Source: Octopus vulgaris
Taxonomy: Eukaryota
DNA: 64,000 nucleotides
Direction of reading: 5' to 3'
NCBI GenBank assembly: GCA_951406725.2
Contig: OX597827.1
Coordinates: forward strand, 78,492,001 to 78,556,000
Part shown: piece after piece, positions 24,013-36,860 of the stretch
Position numbering within the stretch: position 1 is the stretch's first letter
Layout: the number at the start of each line of letters is the position of its first letter
Program-made: the position numbers and the translations under genes
The notes under the pieces: model-generated
The model's database searches: none
Seen by the model: only the letters and a program-made list of their open reading frames with translations
What the model was told of the DNA's origin: nothing

Positions 24013-26276
24013 GTTGTTGTTATTCTTATTCTTATTATTTTGCTTTTATATCAAATCTTTCCATTACATCTTGGATCATCCAGACAATATGGGATTTAGA
24101 AATCTGCAATTTTTGTTTGTGAGACAAGAAAATATTTTGAATAAATGAAAGTATTTTTAGCATTATCCACAGAAAATTTCTGATAGGTATCATGATATGA
24201 ACTTCTGAATGAAACCTCTGTTTATATGTAAAGTAATGTTATATACTTCAAATATGACAAACGTATACATATATACCAGGCTTCACACACTGCTTACGTA
24301 TATAAAAACTTTACTCAAATGTGACAAATAATGACATTTACTTAATAATAAATCTTTGTATTCTTCATCAAACACATTGTCACCAACAGAAATAATCCCC
24401 TTGAAAATAATTCTTAAAAACCCATTCTGAGTGGAGCCCTACAGTCAGTCAGATCCTGAAGGATGTGGTTGTATCTTTTTATTGGCTCAGCCAAAAGGGG
24501 GAACCAAACCATCTCTGACCCTTTTTAGGGTGTCTGAGACTAATAGGAACAAGGGAGGAAGGTTACCTTAGATTGTAGAGCAGGCCTGACTACATTCAAC
24601 AGAGTTGATCCCACAAAAGGGCAGCTAAGGGCCAGGTTGTGTTGTTTAAGCAGGTCTACCACTCAGTATATCATATGTCGTCCCCTCTGATAATTTTTCC
24701 TTACTTTTTTTCTTCCCTTAATTCCATGGTCAAAAATGAATATATTTGTGGGTTCGTTTTATTTTTCTTTCCCCCCTCCCCGCTCCCGTTTTATTTATTT
24801 CTCATTATCTCTGTATGAATGTTTTTTTTTTTGCAGTTTGAAATTAAATTTTCAAAGCTTCAAGAAAAAAAAAAATTTAAAAAAAAAAGAGAATCTAAGG
24901 AATTTATGAGAATTTTGACTTTATTCATTTATTTGTTTGTTTTGTTTGTTATTGTGGTGGCTGTGTGGTTAAGAAGTTCACACTGGAACCACATAGTTTG
25001 GGTTCAATCCCACTGTGTGGTACTACAGGCAAGTGTCTTCTATATAACCTTGTGCTCACCGCTCCCTTGTGAGTGACAAAGAAATTGTATTGAAGCCTCT
25101 CATATTTTGTGTGTGTAAAATGGACGTTAAACGATGATGATGTATACTAGAATTTAGGCGACAAGCTGGCAGAAACGTTTGCATGTTGGGTGAAATGCTT
25201 TGCAGTATTTCGTCTGCTGCTGTGTTCTGAGTTCAAATTCCGCCAAGGTCGACTTTTCCTTTCATCCTTTCGGGGTCGATAAATTAAGTACCAGTTACGC
25301 ATTGGGGTCGATGCAATCGACTTAATCCATTTGTCTGTCCTTGTTTGTCCTCTCTATGTTTAGCCCCTTGTGGGTAGTAAAGAAACAGGTATATACTAGA
25401 ATTTGTGTTTGAAGCAGCTTATACAATGTAAACGCTTTATGTATGCTTAAAAGCTGTGAAACAGTAGTACTTTGTTGAGAGTAGACCCCTTTAAAGATGT
25501 ATTATTTAAAAGCACACCATACTTCAAAGATAGGCAGAACAAAATCACACAGGAAGTGAAAGAGAGTGAGAGATATTCATATCCCCTGGTCATTTCCATT
25601 CTTCAGTGCCCCACCCTCGTCCACCATGGAAAGAGCCTGCCTTGGCCAGCTAGAGATATTTAGACAAATAATGTAAAAGCCATTCTTACAGAAACCGTGT
25701 AAGAATGACACACGGAAAACAAAATCAAATATATAGATTATATAGTTTGCTTTATATTTAGGGAGTTGAGGCAGGATTTTACAGCCAAATACTCAGCATC
25801 GCTTATCTGTTTTTCAAGTAAGAGACTCATAAATTTCATAGGTCTTTGAAAACAGCAACTGGTTGTAATGTCACTCAGCACAATGCCAACATCCATACAC
25901 ACATATTTATGATGAGCTTCGTGGAGATTCTGTCTATTAAACCCTCTTACTAGATTTTGGTCAGCTTGAAGTGAGAGTTGAAAGCACTTAACCAAGGTGC
26001 CATGCCAAGCGACTGAACCAGGAACTAAGGTTTTTCTAAACCACACAGATGATTTGTTTAGAGTGATCAAACGTTTGTGTCCACATAAGCTCAGTCCCTC
26101 CCTCAGATCGACATTACCTGTACAGGTGTACCATGTGCCACATGTTTCAGATGATGGAATGATTGCAGAGCAACGTGAAATGAAGAGTTTTGCTCAAGAA
26201 CACAATGCAACGCCCGGTCTGAGAATTTTATATATTTATATAAAATCAAAACAAGCAACAGGGATATCCAGAGGTA

Positions 26277-26365
26277 ATGCAGTACAATTGTTTCATGCGA
26301 CTCCATTCAATTGAAAAATACAAACATTACATCAATTTAGAATGTAGAGCAATCTTCAGCTGCAT
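26277..26365 (-). ncRNA. type I hammerhead ribozyme motif with extended stem II (HH4)
   Basis: AUGCAG-CUGAAGA-UUGC...CAUUC(long loop)GAAUG...GCAU-GAA-ACAAUUGU-A/CUGCAU: 6-bp stem I, intact core, palindromic stem III, GUA triplet. Confidence 0.8.
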
Positions 26366-26532
26366 AAAAATATAGAATTTAATTAAATTCAAAGGATTCA
26401 TTTGTATAATTTTCTTTTTATCCAAAACCACAAAGAGGATAATAAGTAGACAAAGAACATGTTTTATCAACAACATCACAGTTGTAACTGTGATGTTACA
26501 ACTGTGAGATATATATATATATATATATACAC

Positions 26533-26904
26533 ACATGGGAGCACTCCATCGGTTACGACGACGAGGGTTCCGGTTGATCCGAATCAACGGAACAGCCTGC
26601 TCGTGAAATTAACGTGTAAGTGGCTGAGCACTCCACAGACACGTGTACCCTTAACGTAGTTCTCGGGGATATTCAGCGTGACACAGAGAGTGACAAGGCC
26701 GGCCCTTTGAAATACAGGTACAACAGAAACAGGAAGAAAGAGTGAGAGAAAGTTGTGGTGAAAGAGTACAGCAGGGTTCACTACCATCCCCTGCCGGAGC
26801 CTCGTAGACCTTTAGGTGTTTTCGCTCAATAAACACTCACAACGCCCGGTCTGGGAATCGAAACCGCGAGTCCGCTGCCCTAACCACTGGGCCATTGCGC
26901 CTCC
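26533..26904 (-). mobile_element. tRNA-derived SINE (family D, octopus OR-like)
   Basis: Reverse complement begins ggaggcgcaatggcccagtggttagggcagcggactcgcggtttcgattccc (A and B boxes, no complete tRNA). Confidence 0.8.
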
Positions 26905-27600
26905 ACTCATATATACACATACGCATACACACGCACACATTTTTTATTTTCACTCATCAGGAAGCTACAAAAGTGATTCAAGGACCAAGAGTTTCATTAT
27001 CCAGGATTACTGAACAAAATGTAAACTGTTGTTTTAAGTTTTCAAAGCGTTTATTTTTTTTAATTGCGACCCTTATTGTGTTTAACATGACATGTACTGG
27101 GTCTTAGCAGCACCAAAACAACTATGTGAAACTGTTTTGGACCCTTTTTTTAAAAAAGATATCTAGGACAACGAAATATAGCGATTGCCATCTTTAATAA
27201 AATGAAGACACTTCCTGGCAAACAAAGAAGAATTATGTAGAGGCAAATTATTATTTGTTTCCTCTTTTATGGGTGGGTGGGTGGAGGGTGAATAGGTATT
27301 TGTCAGTTTGAGAACCACTGGATTATTCATGTGTCCTTCACTTTAAGAGGATGGTAGGGTGTTATTTCTCGCAGTTTACTGACTCTGAAAGGTATACACA
27401 CACATTCATTATTAGAAACGGAAGCAGTATGAGTTGAGAATGGCATTCTGTTTAGCCTATTTAATATGGATTCACTGCAAGAAAGCCACAATATTGCAAC
27501 CCTCATTTGAGAAAGTATTTCATAGTACAGGCATATAGTGTTTAAAAGCCAGAAAAGTGTGTCAGAAGCAGACAAAAGGCGTCTAGCAGCGGAGAGGGAA

Positions 27601-27646
27601 TTGCTATACCTGGGGTTTCAGCATATTTGCACGTCATCAGTAGCAA
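27601..27646 (-). ncRNA. type I hammerhead ribozyme motif (HH5)
   Basis: UUGCUA-CUGAUGA-CGU-GCA(AAUA)UGC-U-GAA-ACC(CCA)GGU-A/UAGCAA: 6-bp stem I, intact core, 3-bp stem III, GUA triplet. Confidence 0.8.
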
Positions 27647-28389
27647 ATATCCACTATCAACTGCATGCTTAGATAGATTTAGCCTCTACTGATATGGAAA
27701 AGCAGTGATCGACAAATCACTGGTGTCACAAACAGCTGGACAAGCATTTGCGATTAGGAATGGCAGCAGTATTGGTTCAGAAAGCAATCTGTATATTTTA
27801 CTTAAGTACATTGTAGCAAGATGTAGGAGTCGAACCCCAGTCTCTAAGTAATCAGGATATTGCCATGAATGAACCACACATATTTTCATGTGTACATTCT
27901 ATTTATCGACCAATCGACTCGCAGGAAATCATGCCACAAAGTTAGAACAAAAGTGAATGTCCTGAGATTTACACGCTTTTCTCTGGTGATAAGCAAAACC
28001 TGCAAAGATCAAATGCAGAGGTTGAAAACAACCTGGGAGCACACATCTCACCTCACGCCATAAACGAGCCAGTCCAGGGCAGAGCTTTAGCAAGACTCAT
28101 CAGAGTAACATGTCTCACCCCCGCCCCAAGATAACCAACGGCTAAAAACAGTTAAAGACCCATTATTTCACTCTTGCCCAAAGCAAACACACGAGATGTA
28201 ACTAGGTTAGGGTAAACTCACATCTCAATTTTCATTGAAGACCAATTCGTTCCTGTCACCACAGCAAGCTATTAATAACTGTAGAATTTAGACTCTATGA
28301 AAGTCGATCCCTGTATCCTAAGTCTCTCCATAGTATCTCAAAACTCGTATACACACATACATATATATATGTGTGTGTGTGTGTGTGCA

Positions 28390-28804
28390 TCAACGAAGAC
28401 CAAAGAGCAGTGATCTGGGAGATGGTAATGATGAACTGGTTCACCATTTTCATCTCCAGAGCTGGCTGAATCTTCTCATCAGTGGTCAAGGTTGACAGGT
28501 GTCCTGCTCCCTTTTCGTGCTTCACACTTGTCCGGCCTCTTTTAAACTTCTCGATCCATTCATACACACTTCTTCATGGTAGTGCACTGTCCCCATATTC
28601 TGCTAAAAGCTTCCATTGAATTTCAGCACCTGACACACCTTCCGGCCAGAGAAATCCAATCACTGCTCTTTGTTCTTCTTTGGTGTACATTGCTGGTGGA
28701 GCAGAAAGAAAAATGGCACAGTCAGGCTCAGACTTCGATGCCTTCAGTGATGCTAAAAATCCTATAAGCAATTTCTAATGCCTGGTTACTTTCCATCCAC
28801 CCTG
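28390..28804 (-). mobile_element. 5' fragment of a mariner transposon (HTH region)
   Basis: YTKEEQRAVIGFLWPEGVSGAEI and YEWIEKFKRGRTSVKHE across a frameshift; TA-flanked terminus cagggtggatggaaag. Confidence 0.75.
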
Positions 28805-29451
28805 TATATAAGCGTGCCGGTAGCAGGTAAAAAGCACCAACTGATTGTAGACGTTGCCAGCCTCTTCTGGCCCCTGTGTCCGTGACATGTAAAAAGCACC
28901 CACTACACTCACAGAGTGGTTGGCTGCAGAAATACTGCCAGATCAGACTGGAGCCTGGTGCAGCCTCCTGGCTTCCCAGACCCTGGTCGAAACGTCCAAC
29001 CCATGCTAGCGTGGAAAACGGACGTTAAACGACGATGATGATGATATATATATATTTGTGTCTGTTTGCAACACACGTAGCCAGCCTAATCCATAATAAT
29101 CTTACACAAAAGACCATGCCGACAATGGAGAAGACCGGCCTCTGCTGTGCGTCAATGGTGACCCAACGCAAACAAGCTTTCTTACCTCGACATGTCTCAT
29201 TTATCAGCGGCAAACATCTTATTTAACGTGCAGTATTGTGGCTTTAATACGTAAGTGGAGTAACATTGCAACGGACTTGCAATTATCTCGGTCACTTATA
29301 CGCCATAGACACTGGGCCTGGTGAGTCCCAGACTAATTCGAGACAGTCATTTGTTTCACTCCTGCGTTTATACAATACCAAACGATCACAATTTCAATAT
29401 TTCTAAGGATTTTACTGTATATGGTACAAACTTATGTGTTTTAGGGTTTTA

Positions 29452-30448
29452 GGGGCGATTGCAGTTTCGCGCCTTTCCTTGAAAAATGCATTAAAAAAAA
29501 AATTTTTTTTAGGATTCTTGCATTTTAGATGTCGGAGATTACGAATATGCAAGAAAAAAATTGTTTTAATTTCACACCCTCACTTCTTCCCCTCATTAAA
29601 AATGTTGATTCTGTTTACTTGAAAGAGATTGTAGCGAATTGACGAAGATAATGCAAACTGAGGTTAGACATAGACAAAACCATTAAAGGGAAAAGAATTT
29701 GCGTTTTACTTGTGTTTGCCTTCAATAATCGTAAATAATTGAATGGAAACTAAATCGACACCATTTTATGAAAAACAATCATTAATGTTTAATAATTAAC
29801 GTTATAAAGTTTAATAAGGGGCTCGAATTTCCCCTCTCCCCCAATTTTAAATTTTTCATTCCTTTATTTATTTATTTATTTATCCGTTTATTCATAAAAG
29901 ATATCTGTCAATGTGGCGGTCCGTCCTATAGAAGATGGTGTTACTGTTGTTTTTAGCCCCCAGGAAGACGCCTCATATCTATCCATCCCTTTATATACAT
30001 ATCTATATCTATATGCTTATTGAATTAAAAATTTTGAAAACGCGGTTGCTTGCATATTCGGAATCTCCGTCACCTAAAACATAGGGGAAAAAAATTTCGG
30101 AAAAAGTTCAAAATTTTAAAGGATGGGGTGGGGGGGGTTAACTTTTTTTGGGCATATTCGTAATCTCCGATATCTAAAACATAGGTAAAAAATTTCAAAA
30201 TTTTAAATTGGGGAGGTGGGAGGTGAAATTAAAAAAAAAAAATTGCATATTCGGAATCTCCGTCATCTAAAACATAGGGGGAAAAATTCGGTAAAAGTTC
30301 AAAATTTTAAGGGGGGGGGGACTGGGGGGGTATTTTTTTTTTGGCATATTTGTAATCTCCGACATGTAAAACGTAGGGATCCGAAAATGGTTTTTTTTTT
30401 TCTTTTAAATGCATTTTTGAAGGAGAGGTGCGAAACTGCATTAGCCCC
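29452..30448. mobile_element. non-autonomous DNA transposon, about 100-bp imperfect TIRs, four subterminal repeats on the right
   Basis: ggggcgattgcagtttcgcgcctttccttgaaaaatgcatt / aatgcatttttgaaggagaggtgcgaaactgcattagcccc; gcatattcgKaatctccgWcaYctaaaacatagg x4. Confidence 0.75.
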
Positions 30449-31803
30449 GGGTATATAATGTTACTATAGCTTGTATGGGTGATATATATATATATTTGGA
30501 GAATAAAGCGGGGCTTACAAATATAGAAATTCTAAGATTTAAGCATTTATATTGTAATATTTATAATTTAAGATAACTGCGGGACAGAGAGTAGACAGGA
30601 AAAGAGAAAGACAGAAGCGGGGGTGGAGGAATGATGAAGAAATATATAAAAATTAAAAGATGGGAACAGATGATAAAGGTTTCCTTAAGACAGTAAATAC
30701 GAGGCAATGTAATGTAGAAAAGATATTTATGAAAGAGGATGTTTAAAATAAATAAGGTGAATGACCGAATGGAGAGAAAGAAGGAGAAGTGTGAAGAAGA
30801 CGAAGAATTGAATGTATTAAAGTTTAAGAGACAGAAATGAATAAACTCATATATAATATGTACGAGAAGGTAGAAGAAAGGAGACAAAATGACAAGATAA
30901 AGATGAAGAAAAATTATGGACATGCCTCTGTGTGTATGAAATGCCTTTTAACATTTGGTTTATAGAGAGATTTTGACACAAAAATGCTGGTTAGAAAAGG
31001 AAGATATAAAGGTTGGAAGGATATTTAGAGTGCTTCAAGACAGTTTTAAATCCAACCAGTAAGTAGAATAAAGTCCTGTAGAAAGAAATAGTTCTGGTGA
31101 CGATACTTTGAAATGAGCTCCTTCCCAGATGTCAACAAAGAAAAGAGAAAAGGTCCAAGGAAGAGTTTCTTTTCTCTTGATGTCTAAAACGTTACGTGTC
31201 CATCGTGTAATAGTCTTTAAGCTCTAGTTGAGATTTAAGCAACATTTAAGAGGAAGACACATAAAGGATCATCATTGGTGATAAATATAGCAGACAATTA
31301 AAGGTGAGTAGAGCTATTTTTGGATATGAAAATACATTTTGCCAGACTGGATGGAACCTATTTTAAAGAATATGTCAAATGAAACAGTGCCATTCGTGGC
31401 AGTCAGCACCAAACTTTGCAGTTGACACCTGATGTATGGAAAACGTTTAGAGCAGATTTCATTTGTTCTATATTTAAGAGACATAACGTATTTGTAACAA
31501 TTGTCTGAACTTAACCAGAAGTCTGTGATATTGTCAAGGCCTTCATTCTTAAGATATTGATATGGATGAATTATATTAAGCGTATCTGATTGCAAAAGTA
31601 ATTATAGATTACTCGGCATTCCTTCGATATAACTCGACAAAATCCAAACATTTCACTTCGGGTATTTCCGTGGGTTGTGGAGTATGGATACAACGAAATC
31701 ATTTTAAACTTGAAGAAAAAAAGCCTTGCATATTTGTTCTTACCTGTTTTATGTGTGTGTGTGTAAAATCCGCAAATTTCTAAGCAGAAAACAGAATCGG
31801 GTC

Positions 31804-32013
31804 CTACTTAAGAACAGTGGTCCCGGTGCGCGCACTCGCGCTAGCTAGTCGTGACTAGTCGATCCTACAACGACTACCTAGCAAAGTAAATAAAACACAA
31901 AATAAAAAAAATTTTTACACGAAGTAAATAAAACACAAAAACACAAAGTAAGGATCGACTAGTCATGACTGGCTAGCGCGAGTGCACGCACCGGGACCAC
32001 TGTTCTTAAGTAG
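31804..32013. mobile_element. MITE with about 63-bp near-perfect, CpG-rich TIRs
   Basis: ctacttaagaacagtggtcccggtgcgcgcactcgcgctagc...gatcct mirrored at 31951-32013 with 3 mismatches. Confidence 0.85.
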
Positions 32014-32280
32014 TACCGAATACCGATTACTCTTGAGTGAAAAACGTTATCTGAAGCAGTCTATTTCGAGGTCTTATACAATCCTTAAAAAAAGTGAGTG
32101 CTTATATCTTCACCATCTCATGCAGAACTAAATTCTTCAACGACGTCTTCAGCTTCGAGAAACGAGAGAAGAAACCGTTTGTAAGCTCCGAGTATCTAAA
32201 AATTTCTGGAAAGTTTTACTCGGACGCAAACAAGTTCCTGACCAACGGAAAACTCCGACAAATGGCGAACACACACGCAC

Positions 32281-32346
<66 letters not shown>

Positions 32347-32446
32347 TAATTAGAGACAAAACCACTATTATGCAAATCAAACAAAGAAAGACTTAAGCCA
32401 ATACATAAAATAATTTATATAAATTAAAATTTAACAATTAAAATAA

Positions 32447-32686
32447 CTGTCGTGTTTGGGGAGAGTCATTTTCTTTTTGTGCCTTATAATATAACACATT
32501 CACCGGTAAAATTTCCACATTTTCCTTATTTTTATTTTCCTAAAATTTTCGTTGCGTCTTGCAACCTTTTCAATAGTTTTGACTAAAAAATTTTAGGAAA
32601 ATAAAAATAAGGCAAAAGTGGAAATTTTACCGGTGAATGTGTTACATAATAAGGCACAAAAAAAAATGATTCTCCCCAGACAACAG
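32447..32686. mobile_element. palindromic element between (TA)n tracts with a U3-A8 variant hammerhead motif at its centre (HH6, 32539-32577, minus strand)
   Basis: About 95-bp inverted arms; centre reads CUA-UUGAAAA-G-GUUGC(AAGAC)GCAAC-GAA-AAUU-U/UAG on the minus strand. Confidence 0.65.
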
Positions 32687-32743
32687 AATATGCTGCAACA
32701 CACGAACTCATATAAAGAATCTTGCAAACCAAATCCAAAAACG

Positions 32744-32798
<55 letters not shown>

Positions 32799-34224
32799 TT
32801 AATAATAATAATAATAATAAAAGATTTATATAAAAGACTTATCTTAAACTGCAGATTAATGAATTAGTTAATAGGAAAAGAGCGATAAAGAAGAGAGAAA
32901 AAGATCAATTAAGACTTAAATGTTTAGGATTTTGCTGGTTACACACACACTTATGGTAACCAATGACCCATGTATGCAACCTACTCCTCTCCAGAAATGG
33001 CCATTCCAGATTTAAAAAAAAAAAAACAATTGTGGAACCTAGTTAATGAAGTAGGTTTACCGTCACTAAATATAAAAAAGAAACAATTAAAAAGACGTTT
33101 GAACTATTTGAAAAATGTTTAACTGTCGGTGGTGCCCCAGCATGGCCGCGGCCTTCGGGGCTAAAACATTTTTAAGGATTTAAGGATTTTGTCATGTATT
33201 TACGAATTCCACAGGTGCAGCGAAACAGAAAAGATCTATTATTAAATTGAAAAAATTAGTTCTATTAAAAAATTCAAATCTCTTGAATTTCATGATTTAA
33301 AACAATTCTAGTAATCGTGTATTTTCATGCAATTATGTTTTGTATCAAAAGCTTATGGTCCACCTTTTATGAATCTCGCCAAAACTTGCTGATATCATCC
33401 CAGCCAGCAAAGGAGAATCTCTATGTAGTCGCATGATATGCTAGAAATAACAGCCAAATCTTTCTCAAATCGCATCCACTATCTTAAATTAGGAAAGGAC
33501 GTGTTATAGAACGTAGTCCTTCATTCTCCTTAAAAAGAAACCCAGAGTGGTCACGGCTGGAATGGCTTCGATTATAAATCTGTTGGATGTTTGCGTTGAG
33601 CTGGCTTTGAACAATAAGGGTTATTAGTACATCCCTTAAAGAATACGGCCCCTTTCCCTCGGTGGTCGGAGTTCAAATTCCAAGCGTTGCCTTTGTTTTT
33701 CATCTGATAGAGTTCAATAAAATACATAGAAATAATTTAATTCTTTCTATTTTAGGCTCAAGGCCTGAAATTTTGCGAAGAGGAGCAAGCAGGTCGGTTA
33801 CGTGGACTCCAGTGTTCGACTGGTACTTATTCTGTCGGTCCCGAAAAAGATGACAGGTGAAGTCGACCGCGGAACCAGAAGAAATGCCGCTAAATAAATA
33901 TTTTGTCCGTCTCACTAACGATTCTGTCACCTCACCGCCTTAGAAGATACCAGTAATATCATGTGGTTCAGTCAGCGACACCACTTCCACTCCCCTCCTT
34001 ATCAACAATTACTGGTTTTGTCACCCAGAGAAAAGAAACCAGTCCATTATTTGACGCCTGTATCATAAAAGTATCCCAAAGAAACGTTGTGGTCCATCAT
34101 TTCATTGTATACTAATGTCCTTCTCCCTCCCTAAAACTCAATTAAAATATAATTTCTAACATGAAACCAGAATTTTCTAGGAGAAAGAAACAGTGAATAG
34201 TTCACTTGTAATTTCTCTTTCGGT

Positions 34225-35307
34225 AAACCTACACAATTATGCCCCTCCCGGATTTTGCTTTTTAAGGAAACTTTCTACAAATATGCTTCAGATGGTGTAG
34301 ATTCCGATTATATGGGAATATATAGTGAAAGAAATTTTGCGTGGATACGGGAGAGGAGTTTCGGAAAATTCACACGAGTCGACTTTATTTCGTCAGAACT
34401 TTCGGGAAAATGTTTTTTTTTTTCAAAGAAATTCTCTACTAACATCTTTCCGAGTGTGTAGATTACAGTTATATCTGAATTTAATATGTAAAAAAATGGA
34501 GGGCTCGCACACATACATTCTGACACACATTGCATCTATCTACAAAATGGAACTTGAAATTTCGAAAAAATTGTGCTGTGTTTCAGTATGTATGTGTGCG
34601 TGTTCACCACTTTATTTTACCACATTAAATCTCTTATATATATAAAGCTGAAGTTGTCTGTGTATGGCAGGTTTGGTAGCCTTCAACTAACACTATCTCC
34701 TCCGAGACCCTGCAGCGCAAGTTGACCAAAATTGAGAGTATGATAGAAGAAGGCTTGCTCTTCCTTCCGTAGAAGATAAAATTCAAATTGGACCATGTTA
34801 ACACCAAAAATTATTTACATCAAAAATGTGCTTTTTTTCTATGAAAATCCCAATTTTTTACGATTCTTTGACTGCTTTGTTGCCATTTTTCGGTGTATTT
34901 CAACCAGAAAAATGTTCACTTAAAGAGAATAACACGCTACATAATGCAAAATTTTTACTTTTCAAAAATTCCAATTCTAAAGGGTCGAAACAAACCCGAG
35001 CAACGCCGGGTGATACTGCTAATTCCGTTATAATTGTAACTTACACCCTCTGAAAGGTATTTGTAGGAAATTTTTAGTAAAAAATGCCTATTTTCCTGAA
35101 AGTTATGAAGAAACAAGGCCGATTCATGTAAATTTTTTCTGAGGCCTCTACCTACACACAGAAAATATATTTCCCAATAAATTCCGACACAATCGTAATC
35201 TACGCCATCTGAAGCGTATTTGTAGGAAATTTTATTCAAAAATATCCATTTTTCTGGAAGTTATGAGGAAACAAAGTCAGAGAAGGGGGGCACATTTGTG
35301 TAGGTCT
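34225..35307. mobile_element. foldback/MITE with about 250-bp diverged inverted arms, interrupted by a Helitron
   Basis: ctacaaatatgcttcagatggtgtagatt mirrored by aatctacgccatctgaagcgtatttgtag; termini cctacacaattatgcccc / ggggcacatttgtgtagg. Confidence 0.75.
34630..35022 (+). mobile_element. non-autonomous Helitron
   Basis: A|TC 5' end (tctcttatatatataaagctgaagttgtc); 3' GC hairpin cccgagcaacgccggg followed by CTAA|T. Confidence 0.75.
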
Positions 35308-35751
35308 GTCGTTGTTTCGTCAATCCCAGAAAGAAACATTCAAAGATGAAAAAGGGCGAAATGTTTGCCATTTCCAGTTCTCCATATTTTAAAATTAATT
35401 TAATAATATTTTTCCTTTATATTAACAATTCTCCGAAATAAATATTTTGTTACAGGATAAAAGTATTATAAAATCTCAACAGTTATTTTTATTTTTATCA
35501 ATTATAATTTTAAACCAAACCTAGTTTTGTTCACAAGGATTCAAACTTTAAATCGCGCGCAACATACACACTCACGCATTCGTACATTTATTTGGATGTT
35601 TACTAAAATATATTGTATTATTAAACTTTAGATAAAACAGTAAATTTTTAGTTTCCCTTCGCTTTAGATCGTTTAGGAGGGTTGGTGCCCCAGCATGGCC
35701 GTAACCTCAAGGCTGAAACATATAAAAGTATATATATACATACGTATATAC

Positions 35752-35820
<69 letters not shown>

Positions 35821-36021
35821 TACATATATACACACATATATATATGTATATATATATACCACCTATTGATCCCTCCATTTTTTTATTGCTCTCTCTCTCT
35901 CTGTATATATATATATATATATTAATCGTGTGTGTGTATATGTATGTATGCGAGGAAATATAAAAATAGAGGATATACACAGAATACACACACGCACATG
36001 TATACATGTACGTATGTATAC

Positions 36022-36086
<65 letters not shown>

Positions 36087-36128
36087 CATATATATATGCA
36101 TACATACATATATGCATACATACATATA

Positions 36129-36173
<45 letters not shown>

Positions 36174-36240
36174 GCACATATATATGTATATATATACATA
36201 CATACATGTATGTATGTGTGTGTATATATATATGTATGTA

Positions 36241-36279
<39 letters not shown>

Positions 36280-36627
36280 TGATCAGCAGAAGTTACAAAG
36301 TGGCATGAGTCAAGAACTTGAGACTTTCGTGCTTGTCTCACTTATTAAAAAATAATAAAACAAAACAGAAAGATTCCAAACTAAAATATACATTTTACTA
36401 AACTTATATACATTCAATAAACACAAAATATATATTTTTATGAGTTCCTGTTTTATACAAATAAAGCAGAAAACACTTTTGTGTTTACAGTTCTGTGCCA
36501 TTTAAGAACGGTTCGTCAAGCTCAACTAATTCGCGATCTACATCATCATTTAACCCACCAACAATAAGAACACTGTTCCCTAAACTATCCTTTATTTCGT
36601 TACAGTATATTAAACCTTAGTGTTGCT

Positions 36628-36860
36628 TTTATAAGCCGAGATATTGCGGCCCGAAGCCGGTTCTCTCTCTCCTTCCCTCCCGAACCGACCTGAACCATGG
36701 CCGAGCACTACCCTTCCCCTGCGTACAGTTGGATTTATCTCCCCTTGGCTTCTACCCTCTTCCTTGGTTGCCGACTCATTATGTTGACGCTTGTTGGTAA
36801 AAAAAATTCCGCAAATAAAACTAATTCTGGTCTGTCTGTGCGTCGTATTATTTCGTGAGT
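36628..36860 (+). promoter_or_regulatory. candidate promoter/first exon (possibly of ZNF-B)
   Basis: TATA-like ttataa followed by a CpG-rich unique segment and donor-like gtgagt at about 36855; assignment is inference. Confidence 0.25.

Noticed and set aside
26850-26904. tRNA gene
   Set aside because: A/B boxes present but no complete cloverleaf; continues into a SINE body
28075-28110. Minus-strand CUGAUGAG-UCUUG-C-UAAAGCUC hammerhead-like string
   Set aside because: G12 missing and no stem I pairing; not counted as a motif
30950-31650. Possible ancient RLE-type LINE C-terminal remnant on the minus strand
   Set aside because: Only faint motif traces across several frameshifts; not supportable by eye
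36315-36350. Minus-strand GUG...CAC-GAAA hairpin resembling a hammerhead
   Set aside because: Core reads UUAAUAA (G5 lost) and stems I/III are unconvincing
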